The notes below the pieces were generated by a model. It was not told the origin of the DNA. It did not search any database and saw only the letters and a program-made list of their open reading frames with translations. From the NCBI RefSeq assembly GCF_963921235.1, contig NC_086097.1, positions 165,542,001 through 165,606,000 of the forward strand: a stretch of DNA of 64,000 nt, given 5' to 3'. Below, piece after piece: positions 1 through 12,989 of this stretch. The stretch is from Mobula hypostoma (Eukaryota). A program made the translations under genes and the position numbers. Within the stretch, counting starts at the first letter, position 1. The number at the start of each line of letters is the position of its first letter.

Positions 1-905
1 CTCTGCCGTGGTCCCTGCTAGTGTTCATTTCTGATCAATTTTGGCCAACACCTCTCTCATGCTTCTGTAATTCCCTTTACTTCACTGTAATAATGATGCA
101 TCTGACTTTAGCTTCTCCTTCTCAAATTTCAGGGTGAATTTGATCATATCATGATCAGTTGCCCTTAAGATTTCTTTTACCTTAAGTTCTAATCATTTCC
201 AGTTCATTGCAAAATATCCTATCCAGAATAACTGATCTAGTAGGCTCACCTCAAGCTGCTCTAAAAAGCCCACTCATACACATTCTATAAATTCCTCCTC
301 TTGGAATCCAACAGCAACCTGATTTTCCCAAATTACCTGCATATTGAACTCCTCTTTGTCTATTGTAACATTGCCCTTTTGCCATGCATTTTCTATCTTT
401 TGTTGTAATTTGTAGACCACTTCCTTAATACCGTTTGGGGATATTTTTACCCTTGCAGTTCCTTAGCTCTACCCACAACTATTCAGTACCTTCCAACCCA
501 ATGTCACCTCTTTCTAATGTTTTGATTTCATTATTTTTTACCAACAGAGCCATGCCACCCCCTCTGCCTACCTGCTTGTCCTTTCGATACAATGTGTAGC
601 CTTGGATGTTAAGCTCTTAGTTATTATCTAATTTCAGCCATGATTTTGTGATACCCACCACATCATACATGCCAATCTGTAACTGTGCTACAAGTTCATC
701 TACCTTATTCCGTATAATGCGTGCATTCAAATACAACACCTTCAGTCCTGTATTCATCCTTTTCAATTTTGTCTGCCTTTTACATTGCAACTCAATTTTG
801 CCCTATCATCAGCCTCTCCTTGCTGGGAGTCTCACTGCGCAGTGCCTGTTTGTAAACCAACTACCTCTTTCTCAGCACTATCACTCCATTTCCCATCCCC
901 TGCCA
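1..905 (-). mobile_element. Degraded CR1 LINE fragment (APE endonuclease region)
   Basis: Nucleotide similarity by eye to the endonuclease region of the CR1 copy at 49480-50300; no intact ORF. Confidence 0.7.
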
Positions 906-938
906 AATTAGAATGTTTTTGTGCTGTTTGTTTCATAG

Positions 939-1065
939 CCGTCAGCAACAGCATGGTCGTAGTGAAACAGAGGAGTACTCTTCTGAAAGTGAGAGTGAAA
1001 GTGAGGATGAGGAGGAGCTGCAGCTCATCCTGGAAGATCTTCAGCGACAAAATGAAGAGTTGGAG
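939..1065 (+). CDS. RALBP1: RalA-binding protein 1, penultimate coding exon
   Basis: Translates (S)RQQHGRSETEEYSSESESESEDEEELQLILEDLQRQNEELE, near-identical to vertebrate RALBP1 as recalled. Acceptor tttcatag at 931-938, donor GAG|gtaat at 1065/1066, phase 0 at the end. Confidence 0.96.
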
Positions 1066-1529
1066 GTAATTTATAACAGAATTACAAAGCTGTACAAACA
1101 ATTTAGTTTATTGGTATTAGTAAATCTTTAGTCAGATCATTTTCATGTACTTTATTTTTTCATAGCTAAAATTATTAGAGTTCTGGAAATTTAACACCCA
1201 GAGATTTAATTGGCTAGGAAGAGTTATATTAACTAATCAGAATCTTCGTCCCTTCCTTTGTTTCAGGATGTTCTACGTTGAGAGTAATTCACTACAAAGT
1301 ACTGTAATCTCCAGCCAACTGCTGAAAATAATGGAAGTACTAACATACCAATGAATGTATAGAATCAGTCAATCCATTAAGTGCAGACCTGCTGAGGTTC
1401 CCAAATGGGCACAAGATCCAAAGGGTGCATAAAGAATTCATGAAGAGGTTGCCAGACTGGAAGGCTTGAAATATAAGGAGAGATTGGATATGCTGGGATA
1501 ATAGGAGGTTGAATGGCAACCTTATAGAG

Positions 1530-4500
1530 TCATAGAGCACTACAGCAAAGTCCTAACCTATTCAGCCTTTCCATATAACCTGGGTCCTCGAGTCCTGGCA
1601 GCATTCTTGTAAATTTTATTTCTTTGCACTCTTACAGTCTTATTGACAATTGTCCTGTAGGTAGGTGACCAGAACTTCAAATTAGGCTAATCAACATCTT
1701 ATACAGCTTCAATATAACATCCCAACTCCTGTACTCAGTACTTTGATTAATGAAGGCCAATTATGTAAGCTTTCTTTACAACTCTATCTACCTGTCACAC
1801 TACTTTCTAAGAATTATGGATCTGTATTTCTAGATCCCTCTCTGTTCTACCACATTCTTCAGTGCCCTACCACTCATTGTGCAAGTCCCACCCTGCTTTG
1901 TCCTCCCAAAGTGCAACACCTCACACTTGGCTGCATTAAATACCATCTGCTATTTTTCCACCTCGTCCAGATCCCGCTGCATAGTCTTCCTTGATTTCCA
2001 CTACACCACCAATCTCAGTGTCATCTGCAAATTTGCTGATCCAGTTTACCACATTATCATCAAGATCGTTGATATAGATGGCAAACAACAACGGACTCAG
2101 CATCAATACTTGTCACAGGGCTCCAGTCAGAGAGGCAACCATCTTCTACCACTCTCAGGCTCTCCTGCAAAGTCAACGTCTAACCCAATTTACCTCCTCA
2201 TCTCGAATGCCAAGTGACTGAACCTTGATCAACCTCCCATGGAGGACCTTGTCAAAGGCCTTGCTAATGTTCATGTAGGCAACATTCACGGCGTAGGCTT
2301 CTTCAACTTTCCTGGTAACTTCCTCAAAACTCACTCAGATTGGTTAGATACGACCTACCACGCACAAAGCCATGACGACTATCCTTAATCCCTGTCTATC
2401 TAAATACTTACATATCCAGTTCCTAGAATACTTTCCAATAATTTACCCACTACTAATGTCAGGCTTACCAGCCTCTTATTTCATGGATTATTCTTAGAGC
2501 CTTTCTTAAACAACAAAACAACATCAGCTATCCTCCAACAACTCACGTGTGGCTGAGGACATTTCAAATATCTCTGCTAGGGCCCCTGTAATTTCTGCAC
2601 TAGCCTCCCATTGTGTCCAAGGGAACACTTTGCCAGGCCTTGAGGATTTGCCGCAATAGAGCAAACACCACCTCCTCAGTAATCTATAGGTTTCATGACT
2701 TCACTGCTACTTTACCTAAAATCTATAGGTCTATCCATCTCCCAAGTAAATACAGTTGTGAAAATCCATTTACAATTCCCCCCCACCCCCCCCTTTTGGC
2801 TCCATGTACAGATGAGCACTCTGATCTTCCAAAGGACCAATTTTGTCTCTTGCTATCCACTTGCTCTTAATATATCTGTAGAAGCCCTTGTGATTATCCT
2901 TCACTTTGCCTGCTAGAGCAACTTCATGCTGCCTTTTATCCCTCCTGATCTCCAATAGTGTTCTCTTGCATTTTTTTATAGTCCTCAAATACCTAATTTG
3001 CTTCTTCCTGCGTATGCCTACTATGCACCCCCTAAGGCCTCAATCTCTCTCGAAAATCAAGGTTCCCCAAACCTGTTATCCTTGCCTTTTATTTTGACAG
3101 AAATATACAAGCTCTGTACTCTCAAAATTTCACTTTTGTAGACCTTCCACTTACCAAGTACATCTGTCCAACCATCACCTTTCTCCAATTTAGAATCTCA
3201 ACCTGAGGACCAGACCTATCTTTCTCTGTAATTATCTTGAAACTAATGGCATTCTGATCACTAGATGGACAGTGTTCCCCTACATAATCTTATGTCACCT
3301 GTCTTGTCTCATTCCATAATAGGAGATCTAGTATCACACTCTCTCTAGTTGACTTCTATGTACTGATTAAGGAAACTTTCTTGAACACATTTGACAAGTA
3401 TCCTATCCAACTCTTTTACACAATGGGAGTTCCAGTCAATGTGTGGAAAGCTAAAATCACCTATTTTCACATTCTTAAGTTTCTTGCAACAACCTGCAAT
3501 CTCTGTACAAATTTGCTGCTCTAAATCCTGCGGATTTCTGGGTGGGTTATAATATCACATTAATGTGGTCATCCTGTTCTTATTCTTCAGTCCCACTCAT
3601 ACAGCCCCAGTGGGACAGAGCTGTCCAGTCTGTTCTATCTGAGCACCACCATGACCTTTTCTTGAAGTAGTAAAACCACCCCTTTTCCTTTTATTCCCTC
3701 CTACTCTGTCACATCTAAAACAACAGAACCCTGGAACATTGTAGCCATTAGTGAGACTTGGCTGCATGAGGGGCAGGACAATGTCATAATTCCTCATGCT
3801 GATCCATGCCCTAAGCTCATCCATCTTTCCTATAATACTCCTTACATTGAAATATACACACTTCAGCACATTATGCCTACCATGCTTAGTCTTTTGACTC
3901 CTGATTTTGTAGGCTTAACAACATCTTCCCACAACCACTCCACTATCTGCTCTGACATGAGGAAATCTGCAGATGCTGGAATTTCAAGCAACACACATAA
4001 AAGTTGCTGGTTCCTGATGAAGGGTCTCAGCCCAAAATGTCGACTGTACCTCTTCCTAGAGATGCTGCCTGGCCTGCTGCATTCACCAGCAACTTTTATG
4101 TGTGTTATCTGCTCTGACAGTCTTCTTCCCACCCCTCTGAAACTATAATTTTAACCCCCCCCCCCCCCCCCCCCCCGTACGGCACTAGCAAACCTTCCTG
4201 CAAGGATATAGCCTCCGTCCAGTTCAGGTGCAAACTGTCCCTCTGTACAGGTCGCATTTTTCCTGGAAGAGAGCCAAATGATACTAAAATTTTAAGCCCT
4301 CCTTCCTACACCATTTCCTTAGCTGTGTGTTAAACTATATGATCTTCCTATTTCCGGCCTCACTAGCATGTGGCATGGGTAACAGCCCTGGAAGTCCTGT
4401 CCTTTAACTTAGCACCTAACTCTCTGAACTTACTTTGCAGCACTTTGTTATCCGTCCTACCCATATCATTAGTACTGACACAGACCATGATCTCTGGCTC

Positions 4501-4670
4501 TTCATCCTCCCACGTAAGAATGTTGTGGACTTGATTTGAGTTGTCCCTGATTCTGGCAACCGGGAGATAACATACTATGTGGGACTCTCGTTCTCATCTA
4601 CAGAACCGCCTGTATGTTCCCTAACCAATGCATCTCCTATCATTATAGCTCGCCTCTTCTCCTCTGCTAG
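1530..4670 (-). mobile_element. Old CR1 LINE (RT, APE and ORF1 remnants), interrupted by a Penelope-like insertion
   Basis: ORF pieces LKCVYFNVRSIIGKMDELRAWI and KRQHEVALAGKVKDNHKGFYRYIKSK resemble the copy at 6630-9872; many stops and indels. Confidence 0.8.
3958..4105. mobile_element. Penelope-like terminal-repeat insertion with internal inversion and mutated hammerhead
   Basis: About 14-bp TSD tatctgctctgaca (3944-3957 / 4106-4119). aacacacataaaagttgctggt and its reverse complement lie at opposite ends. CTGATGA-agggtctcagccc-AAAA-tgtc-gact at 4014-4045. Confidence 0.75.
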
Positions 4671-5157
4671 GGCATTCCCCTTGCAGAGGAAGATAAAATT
4701 ATGAGGGGAGTAGATAAAGGTGGATGTTCATGGTCCTTTTTCCCAGGGTAGGGGAGTTAAAGTTTATCGAGCAAAGGTTTAATATGTGAGGGAAGTAGTT
4801 TAAAAGGGACATCCTTTTCCACACAGTGGGTGGGTGGGTGTATATGGAATGAGCTGCCAGAAGAAGCAGATACAGGTATATGGATAAAAAGGGCCTAGGG
4901 GTTGGGAGCCAAATGCAGGCAAGTTGGACTAGCTCAGATGAGTATCTTGGTCAACATGGATGAGTTGAACCAAAGAGCCTGTTTCTATGCTGTATAACCC
5001 TGTCTTCATCCAGCACCTTCCATCTATAACCTGGCAAATGTAAGACTTCAGAGATGATGATGCTTTTCCAAAGTATAAGAATATGTATTTTTGAATTTCA
5101 GAAATGAGAAATAATGTTAATGTGCCAACTGTTAATATTCATTTATTCTTGTATAAG

Positions 5158-5427
5158 GTGAAGAACAACCATCTGAACCAAGCAATCCATGATGAACGAG
5201 AAGCCATTATTGAGCTGCGAGTGCAGCTTCGACTGTTGCAAATGCAAAGACTGAAACAAGAACAACAGCCTCAGGAGGATGGAGAAGAACGGGGAGATAA
5301 TGCCACTGGTGCTCTCCAGCACAGAGATGCTGTAAGCGATGCGAGAATTGCACATGAGCAACCCAAGTCTGTGAAGGAAACGTTAAAACCCTCTCCAAGT
5401 AAAGATCGTAAGGAGACTTCAATCTGA
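5158..5427 (+). CDS. RALBP1: RalA-binding protein 1, last coding exon
   Basis: Acceptor ag at 5156-5157. VKNNHLNQAIHDEREAIIELRVQLRLLQMQR...KPSPSKDRKETSI* matches the RALBP1 C-terminus and is in frame with the previous exon. Confidence 0.96.
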   Translation: MKNNHLNQAIHDEREAIIELRVQLRLLQMQRLKQEQQPQEDGEERGDNATGALQHRDAVSDARIAHEQPKSVKETLKPSPSKDRKETSI

Positions 5428-6380
5428 AGAGCTCCAAGCAATTTGTTGCATTGCAGCTGCACTTAAATCTTTGACCAGAAAGCTGTACAAGCGGTGAACT
5501 GTAACAGTTGTTAAAATCTTTCTCTACATTTTTGGTGAATAAAAGATTCCAATGATATCCCAATTATAAGGTCAAAAGCAATGAGGTGAAATGGTGTTTG
5601 GTAAGCGCATTAGACAAATCATTTGAATTTTTTTTAAAAAGTAGAAAATGGGGTTCTGTTTTGTTAGAAGGACTGTGAAGACTCTGGGCCATTTTTTGTT
5701 TTTAATTATGCATGTGGAAATACTTTATTTTAACTGAATTTTCCCTATTAAATAAAAATCTATATTTCTAGCTAAGGATCATTCGGTACCAGGAATGTTC
5801 AGAGTAGAGGCCTTTAAAACAATAAACATGGATGAACATGAACTAAATTGTTACTATGAGCAAAATTGTTGAATGTTATGTGGTTGTCAGTAATTTCTCC
5901 TTTGTTAGCTTTTTATTTTATAAGCTCAGTATTTGTCATTTAATTAAATCGATGGGATATCTTTACGGCGTTTACAGAAATACCAACCTGAAAATAGATT
6001 GTGCCCTGGACCTCCGATAACTCCTGCTTTTGTACAGTTGTTTGCACTGATCGATAATTTAAAATAAAAATAATAAAATGCTCGAACGCCGATGCATGTG
6101 TTGAACATTCCAGAGCCAGCTGAGGCTTTTGTAAACCATATTTCAACTTGTGATGGCAGTGATTTTTATGAACGCAGTCTCAGTTCAACCACTCAAGTGC
6201 TATTATCTTATAAACTATTGCCACTTAATGACTAAGAGTGCCTGGTGTGAATGTCAACGTCTCTTAAATTTTTATCGTCAATTGATTAGTTTGTCTGCTG
6301 TTAAAATATTAGGTATTTGCTTTGTTTTTGTGTAATTCATTCACAAAAATAAAAAAAAGCCTTTTAAACTTCATTTGTTT
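5428..6380 (+). other. RALBP1: Probable RALBP1 3' UTR with several AATAAA signals
   Basis: AT-rich, repeat-free stretch after the stop. AATAAA at 5538, 5751, 5821, 6063 and 6348; the last is followed by U-rich sequence. The true 3' end is unknown. Confidence 0.55.
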
Positions 6381-6624
6381 TCCATAGAATATGGGTCTAA
6401 AATTGAAATGTCCCAGGCTGTGAGGATTGTAGCAGAATAATATGAATATTTTCCATTAATTTTACAAATTGATCAGTAGGTGTTGCTGGTATTAATTGTC
6501 TAGATGTCCAGAAAGGTTGTAGTGGATCTTATTCTGCTACCAGCGCATACGTATGGTGAAAATAGTCTCACAATATTGTTAAGTGGAGCTTTAATGATCT
6601 TGACAAAGAAATGAAGGGAGTTCA

Positions 6625-9600
6625 ACATAAACCATAGAAACTACAGCACAGAAACAGGCCCTTTGGCCCTTCTTGGCTGTGCCGAACCATTTTCTGCCTA
6701 GTCCCACTGACCTGCACCCGGACCATATCCCTCCATACACCTCCCATCCATGTATCTGTCCAATTTATTCTTAAATGTTAAAAAAGAACCCGCATTTACC
6801 ACCTCGTCTGGCAGCTTATTCCATACTCCCACCACTCTCTGTGTGAAGAAGCCCCCCCAATGTTCCCTTTAAACTTTTCCCCCCTCACCCTTAACCCATG
6901 TCCTCTGATTTTTTTCTCCCCTTGCCTCAGTGGAAAAAGCCTGCTTGCATTCACTCTATCTATACCCCTCATAATTTTATATACCTCTATCAAATCTCCC
7001 CTCATTCTTCTACACTCCAGGGAATAAAGTCCTAACCTATTCAACCTTTCTCTGTAACTGAGTTTCTCAAGTCCCGGCAACATCTTTGTAAACCTTCTCT
7101 GCACTCTTTCAACCTTATTTATATCCTTCCTGTAATTTGGTGACCAAAACTGAACACAATAGTCCAGATTCGGCCTCACCAACGCCTTATACAACCTCAT
7201 CATAACATTCCAGCTCTTATACTCAATACTACGATTAATAAAGGCCAATGTACCAAAAGCTCTCTTTACGACCCTATCTACCTGTGACGCCACTTTTAGG
7301 GAATTTTGTATCTGTATTCCCAGATCCCTCTGTTCCACTGCACTCCTCAGTGCCTTACCATTAACCCTGTATGTTCTACCTTGGTTTGTCCTTCCAACAT
7401 GCAATACCTCACACTTGTCAGTATTAAACTCCATCTGCCATTTTTCCAGCTGGTCCAAGTCCCTCTGCAGGCTCTGAAAACCTTCCTCACTGTCTACTAC
7501 ACCTCCAATCTTTGTATCATCAGCAAACTTGCTGATCCAATTTACCACATTATCATCCAGATCATTGATATAGATGACAAATAACAATGGACCCAGTACT
7601 GGATCCCTGTGGCACACCACTAGTCACAGGCCTCCACTCAGAAGCAATTTTCTACCACCACTCTTTGGCTTCTTCCATCGAGCCAATGTCCAATCCAATT
7701 TACCACCTCTCCATGTATACCTAGCGACTGAATTTTCCTAACTAACCTCCCAAGCGGGACCTTGTCAAAGGCCTTACTGAAGTCCATGTAGACAATATCC
7801 ACGGCCTTCCCTTCATCCACTTTCCTGGTAACCTCCTCGAAAAACTCCAACAGATTGGTCAAACATGACCTACCACGCACAAAGCCATGTTGACTCTCCC
7901 TAATAAGCCCCTGTCTATCCAAATGCTTGTAGATTCTGTCTCTTAGTACTCCCTCCAATAACTTATCTACTACTGACGTTAAACTCACTGGCCTATAATT
8001 TCCCGGATTACTTTTCGATCCTTTTTTAAACAACGGAACAACATGAACCACTCTCCAATCCTCCGGCACTTCACCCGTAGACAGTGACATTTTAAATATT
8101 TCTGCCAGGGCCCCCGCAATTTCAACACTAGTCTCCTTCAAGGTCCGAGGGAACACCCTGTCAGGTCCCGGGGATTTATCCACTTTAATTTTCCTCAAGC
8201 AGCAAGCACCTCCTCCTTTTCAATCTGTATAGTTGCCATGGTCTCACTACTTGATTCCCTCAATTCCATAGATTTCATGCCGGCTTCCTTAGTAAATACA
8301 AACGCAAAAAACCTATTTAAGATCTCCCCCATTTCTTTTGGTTCCGCACAAAGCCAACCACTCTGATCTTCAAGAGGACCAATTTTATCCCTTACAATCC
8401 TTTTGCTCTTAATATACTTGTAAAAGCTCTTTGGATTATCCTTCACTTTGACTGCCAAGGCAACCTCATGTCTTCTTTTTGCCCTCCTGATTTCTTTCTT
8501 AAGTATATTCTTGCACTTCTTATACTCCTCAAGCACCTGATTTACCCTCTGTTTCCTATACATTTCATACAACTCCCTCTTCTTCTTTATCAGAGTTGCA
8601 ATATCCCTTGAGAACCAAGGTTCCTTGTTCCTATTCAATTTGCCTTTAATCCTGACAGGAGCATACAAACTCTGCACTCTCAAAATTTCCCCTTTGAAGG
8701 CTTCCCACCTACCAATCACATCTTTGCCAGAGAACAACCTGTCCCAATCCACGCCTTTTAGATCCTTTCTCATTTTCTTCAAATTTGGCCTTCTTCCAGT
8801 TAAGAACCTCAACCCTAGGACCAGATCTATCCTTGTCCATGATCAAATTGAAACTAATGGTGTTATGATCACTGGAACCAAAGTGCTCCCCTACACAGAC
8901 TTCCGTCACTTGCCCTAATTCATTTCCTAACAGGAGATCCAATATTGCATCCCCTCTAGTTGGTCCCTCTATATACTGATTTAGAAAACTTTCCTGAACA
9001 TATTTTACAAACTGTAAACCATCTAGACCCCTAACAGTATGGGAGTCCCAATCAGTGTGTGGAAAATTAAAATCCCCTACCACCTCAACTTTATGTTTCC
9101 TGCAGTTGCCTGCTATCTCTGCAGATTTGCTCTTCCAAGTCTCGTTGACTATTGGGTGGTCTGTAATACAATCCCACTAATGTGGCCATACCTTTCCTGT
9201 TTCTCAGCTCCACCCTTAAGGACTCAGTAGACAAGCCCTCTAATCTGTCCTGCCTGAGCACTGCTGTAATATTTTCCCTAACCAAGCAATGCTACTCCCC
9301 CTCCTTTCATTCCTCTGCCTCGATCACATCTGAAACATCGGAACCCTGGAATATTAAGCTGCCAGTCCTGCCCCTCCTGTAGCCAAGTTTCACTAATTGC
9401 TACAACATCATAATTCCACGTGTCAAACCACGCCCTCAACTCATCCGCCTTCCCCGCAATACTCCTAGCATTGAAATATATACACCTCAGAAGATTTTTA
9501 CCACCACTCACAACCTTTCTATCAGCGGATTTGCTTAAACTTTCAACATCATTTATTTTCACCCCAGCCACACTGTCAGCTCTGGCACTCTGGTTCCTAT

Positions 9601-9872
9601 CCCCCTGCAAATCTAGTTTAAAGCCTCCCCAATAGCACTAACAAACCTCCCTGAAAGGATATTGGTCCCCCTGTGGTTCAAGTGTAACCCGTCTCTCTTG
9701 TACAGGTCCCACCTGCCCCAGAAGAGGTCCCAATGATCCTGAAATCTGAAACCCTGCCCCCTACACCAGTTCCTCCTCCAGAGCATCCTATTCCTACCCT
9801 CACTGGCACCTAGCACAGGTAGCAATCCTGAGATTACCACCCTGGAGGTCCTGCTTTTCAACTTCCTACCAT
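6625..9872 (-). mobile_element. Young, nearly full-length CR1 LINE (ORF1 SGNH esterase end, APE, RT), frameshifted
   Basis: ORF1 RVVISGLLPV...DGLHL; APE motifs YFNARSI, AISETWL, VGDFN, LDL, SDHN; RT motifs NYRPVSL, DFSKAFDKV, KFADDTK. Microsatellite-like 3' tail near 6625-6640. Confidence 0.95.
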
Positions 9873-10084
9873 GTAAATAGCAAGCTTGAATAACCTGGAT
9901 GGGGAGAGTGGAGGTGAAGCTTACTTACATTTGCAATACCTTTCACTCTGGGGAAAAGGGCAGGGATTTGTGAAGAAATGTCAACTCTTCCATAGACAGT
10001 AGATTCTCTCCAAATCCGTTCTCACCCAGAGGGAATGTGTGAGATTGATTGGGACTCCTGCTCCAGCCTTTATATACTGGCTAT

Positions 10085-10197
10085 CGCCTTGCCAGTCCAG
10101 ATGAAGGGATGTGACCCTAAACAGTGACCAACTTCGCTCCACAGATGCTGCCTGTCCTGCTGTGTTCCTTCAGATCTCAGCATCTGCATTCTCATCT
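10085..10197 (+). mobile_element. Degraded Penelope-like terminal repeat
   Basis: cagtccagatgaaggg...ccctaaac...acagatgctgcctgtcctgctg...cagcatctgca resembles the reverse complement of the 15424 copy. Confidence 0.5.
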
Positions 10198-10434
10198 TGA
10201 AAATCAGGTTAATCCAAAGTACTGATAACTAGTAATGACCAAAACCCTGACTTGTTAGCAAACTTGGTATAGACTGAGCAGGAATCCAGGTTTGTACTGG
10301 AGAAATTGGTTTTAAACTGGGGTATCATGTTTAAAGCTTCCAGCTGTCAGATTGGAAAGCGTATAAGGAATGGGGCAAGAGAATTTAAACAATATTTATT
10401 TTAAATTGTGGAGCAGGTTCTTTAAGGTTATCGT

Positions 10435-10612
10435 AATGGGGATAAACACCTACTACCTAATTAATTGCTTCTAATGGCATGCATCTCAAATAGCCTCTGT
10501 TCTCAAGTCTCACAGGTAGTTTAGTTACTAAATCTACTGGAACAGTTTCTATGGACAGGAGAACGGAAAAAGGCAGGTTACTGACACCTTAAACCCAATC
10601 ACTTAAGGCCCA
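10435..10612 (+). mobile_element. Fragment of the non-coding retroposon family also seen at 53036
   Basis: Shares gcatctcaaatagcctctg, ctactaaa and gtttcta..gacaggagaa blocks with 53085-53210. Confidence 0.6.
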
Positions 10613-10614
10613 AT

Positions 10615-12045
10615 CACTGCCCATCCCCCACGAGTCATCTGTTGTTAGCCCCCAACGAACACATATTCACTCTCCCCTTCCCCTCCTCACAGACCCCCAC
10701 CCTGCTCTCATGACTATACCCCTTCCCCACACGAAACCACCATGGTGGGCTTCACAGCTGAACAGGTGAGAAGACAGCTGAAACGTCTCAATCCAACTAA
10801 GGCTGCAGGACCGGATGGTGTCAGTACCAGGGTGCTCAAAGCCTGTGCCCCTCAGCTATGTGGAGTACTTCGCCGTGTCTTCAAACTGAGCCTGAGGCTC
10901 CGGAGGGTTCCTGTGCTGTGGAAGACGTCCTGCCTCGTCCCAGCGGCCTCAATGACTACAGACCGGTGGTATTGACCTCCCACATCATGAAGACCCTGGA
11001 GACACTTGTTCTGGAGCTGCTCCAGCCTATGGTTAGGCCACACTTAGATCCCCTCCAGTTCGCCTACCCGCCCCAACTAGGAGTTGAAGATGCCATCATC
11101 TACCTGCTGAACTGTGTCTACGCCCACGTGGACAAGCCAGCGAGCACTATGAGGGTCATGTTTTTTGACTTCTCCAGTGCGTTCAACACCATCTGCCCTG
11201 CTCTGCTGGGGGAGAAGCTGACAGCGATGCAGGTGGATGCTTTCCTGGTGTCATGGATTCTTGATTACCTGACTGGCAGACTACAGTATGTGTGCTTGCA
11301 ACACTGTGTGTCCGACAGAGTGATCAGCAGCACTGGGGCTCCACAGGGGACTGTCTTGTCTCCCTTTCTCTTCACCATTTACACCTCGGACTTCAACTAG
11401 TTGGATGCATCAGCAAGGGAGATGAGGCTGAGTACAGGGCTACGGTAGGAAACTTTGTCACATGGTGTGAGCAGAATTATCTGCAGCTTAATGTGAAAAA
11501 GACTAAGGAGCTTGTGGTAGACCTGAGGAGAGCTAAGGCACCTGTGACCCCTGTTTCCATCCAGGGGGGCAGTGTGGACATGGTGGAGGATTACAAATAC
11601 CTGGAGATATGAATTGACAATAAACTGGACTGGTCAAAGAACACTGAGGTTGTCTAGAAGAAGGGTCAGAGCCGTCTCTATTTCCTGAGGAGACTGAGGT
11701 CCTTTAACATCTGTCGGATGATGCTGAGGATGTTCTACGAGTCTGTGGTGGCCAGTGCTATCATGTTTGCTGTTGTGTGCTGGGGCAGCAGGCTGAGGGT
11801 AGCAGACACCAACAGAATCAACAAACTCATTCGTAAGGCCAGTGATGTTGTGGGGATGGAACTGGACTCTCTGACAGTGGTGTCTGAAAAGAGGATGCTG
11901 TCCAAGTTGCATGCCATCTTGGACAATGTCTCCCAGCCACTACATAATGTACTGGTTGGACACAGGAGTACGTTCAGCCAGAGACTCATTCCACCGAGAT
12001 GCAACACAGAGCGTCATAGGAAGTCATTCCTGCCTGTGGCCAGAG
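10615..12045 (+). mobile_element. Rex1/Babar-clade LINE, 5'-truncated, internally deleted
   Basis: KAAGPDGV, LNDYRPVVLTS, DPLQFAY, FFDFSSAFNTI, GAPQGTVLSP, LNVKKTKELVVD. The catalytic xDD segment appears deleted at about 11398-11400. Confidence 0.88.
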
Positions 12046-12989
12046 ACAGCCGGTACACAACATCCAGTCAACCCTGACCAATGGAGGTCTCAAGGAGCAG
12101 CCAGGCTACTGGAATTAATTTATTGTTGTCACCTACACTGAATTACAGTGGAGAAAAAAAATGCTGGAATTGTGGCTTGGTATGCAAAGAATAAGAGGAC
12201 AATGCAGAATGTAATGTTGCAGCTATAGGGAACTTATCCTTAGCATATGAGAAGTAATTTCAAGTGTCTGATAACAGAAACTCCTTGAGTGTAGTGGTAC
12301 ATTAAAGCTTTTGTATCTTCTGCCTGACAGAGGAGGGGATAAGAGAGAATGACCGGGGTAGGAAGAGTCCTTGATTATGTTGGATGCTTTCCCAAGATAG
12401 CAGGTAGTGCATTCAGTGTCAATGGAGAGGAGGTTGGTTTGCAACGATGGACTGGGCTGTGTTCACATCTCTGCAATTTCTTGTGGTCAATTAGAAAAGG
12501 AGTATTATCTGGACAAAACTCCCCCTAGGGGAAAGTGGAGTACTTTAGGGTGGGGTAATGCGAAGAAAGTGGAGGATAGTTGGATGAACCTTGGAAAAAT
12601 CTTGTTGGGGGGCAAACAGAAATGAGGCAGAATTCAGAAGAGCACAGCCAGCGAGTCTTAGTAAAATTTGTTGACAGACTTGTGATGTCTTCTCAATTAT
12701 TAACTGAAGACTGGCTCGAGTGATCATGTTGAAACTGACTTCTAAATGGTGACATAATCTTTTGAGGGGGAAAATGAAGGGAACTGGGTTTGACCTGAGG
12801 AAACAGGCCAGGATCAAGAAACCAATGCCTGGATAGTCTTGATATCAGCAAACAAGATGCTGGAGTGGGACAGGCAGTACTTACAGAAGTACATCAATAA
12901 GAACAGCAGAGGAACAGGCCCCTTAGTCCACGCTGTGCCAAGTTAATTAATAGGTCTCTGACCAGTAGCCAGGACATGAGCTATAAATT

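Noticed and set aside
4155..4177. Poly-C run as a functional G-quadruplex
   Set aside because: Homopolymer expansion inside an old CR1; length is unreliable and there is no functional evidence.
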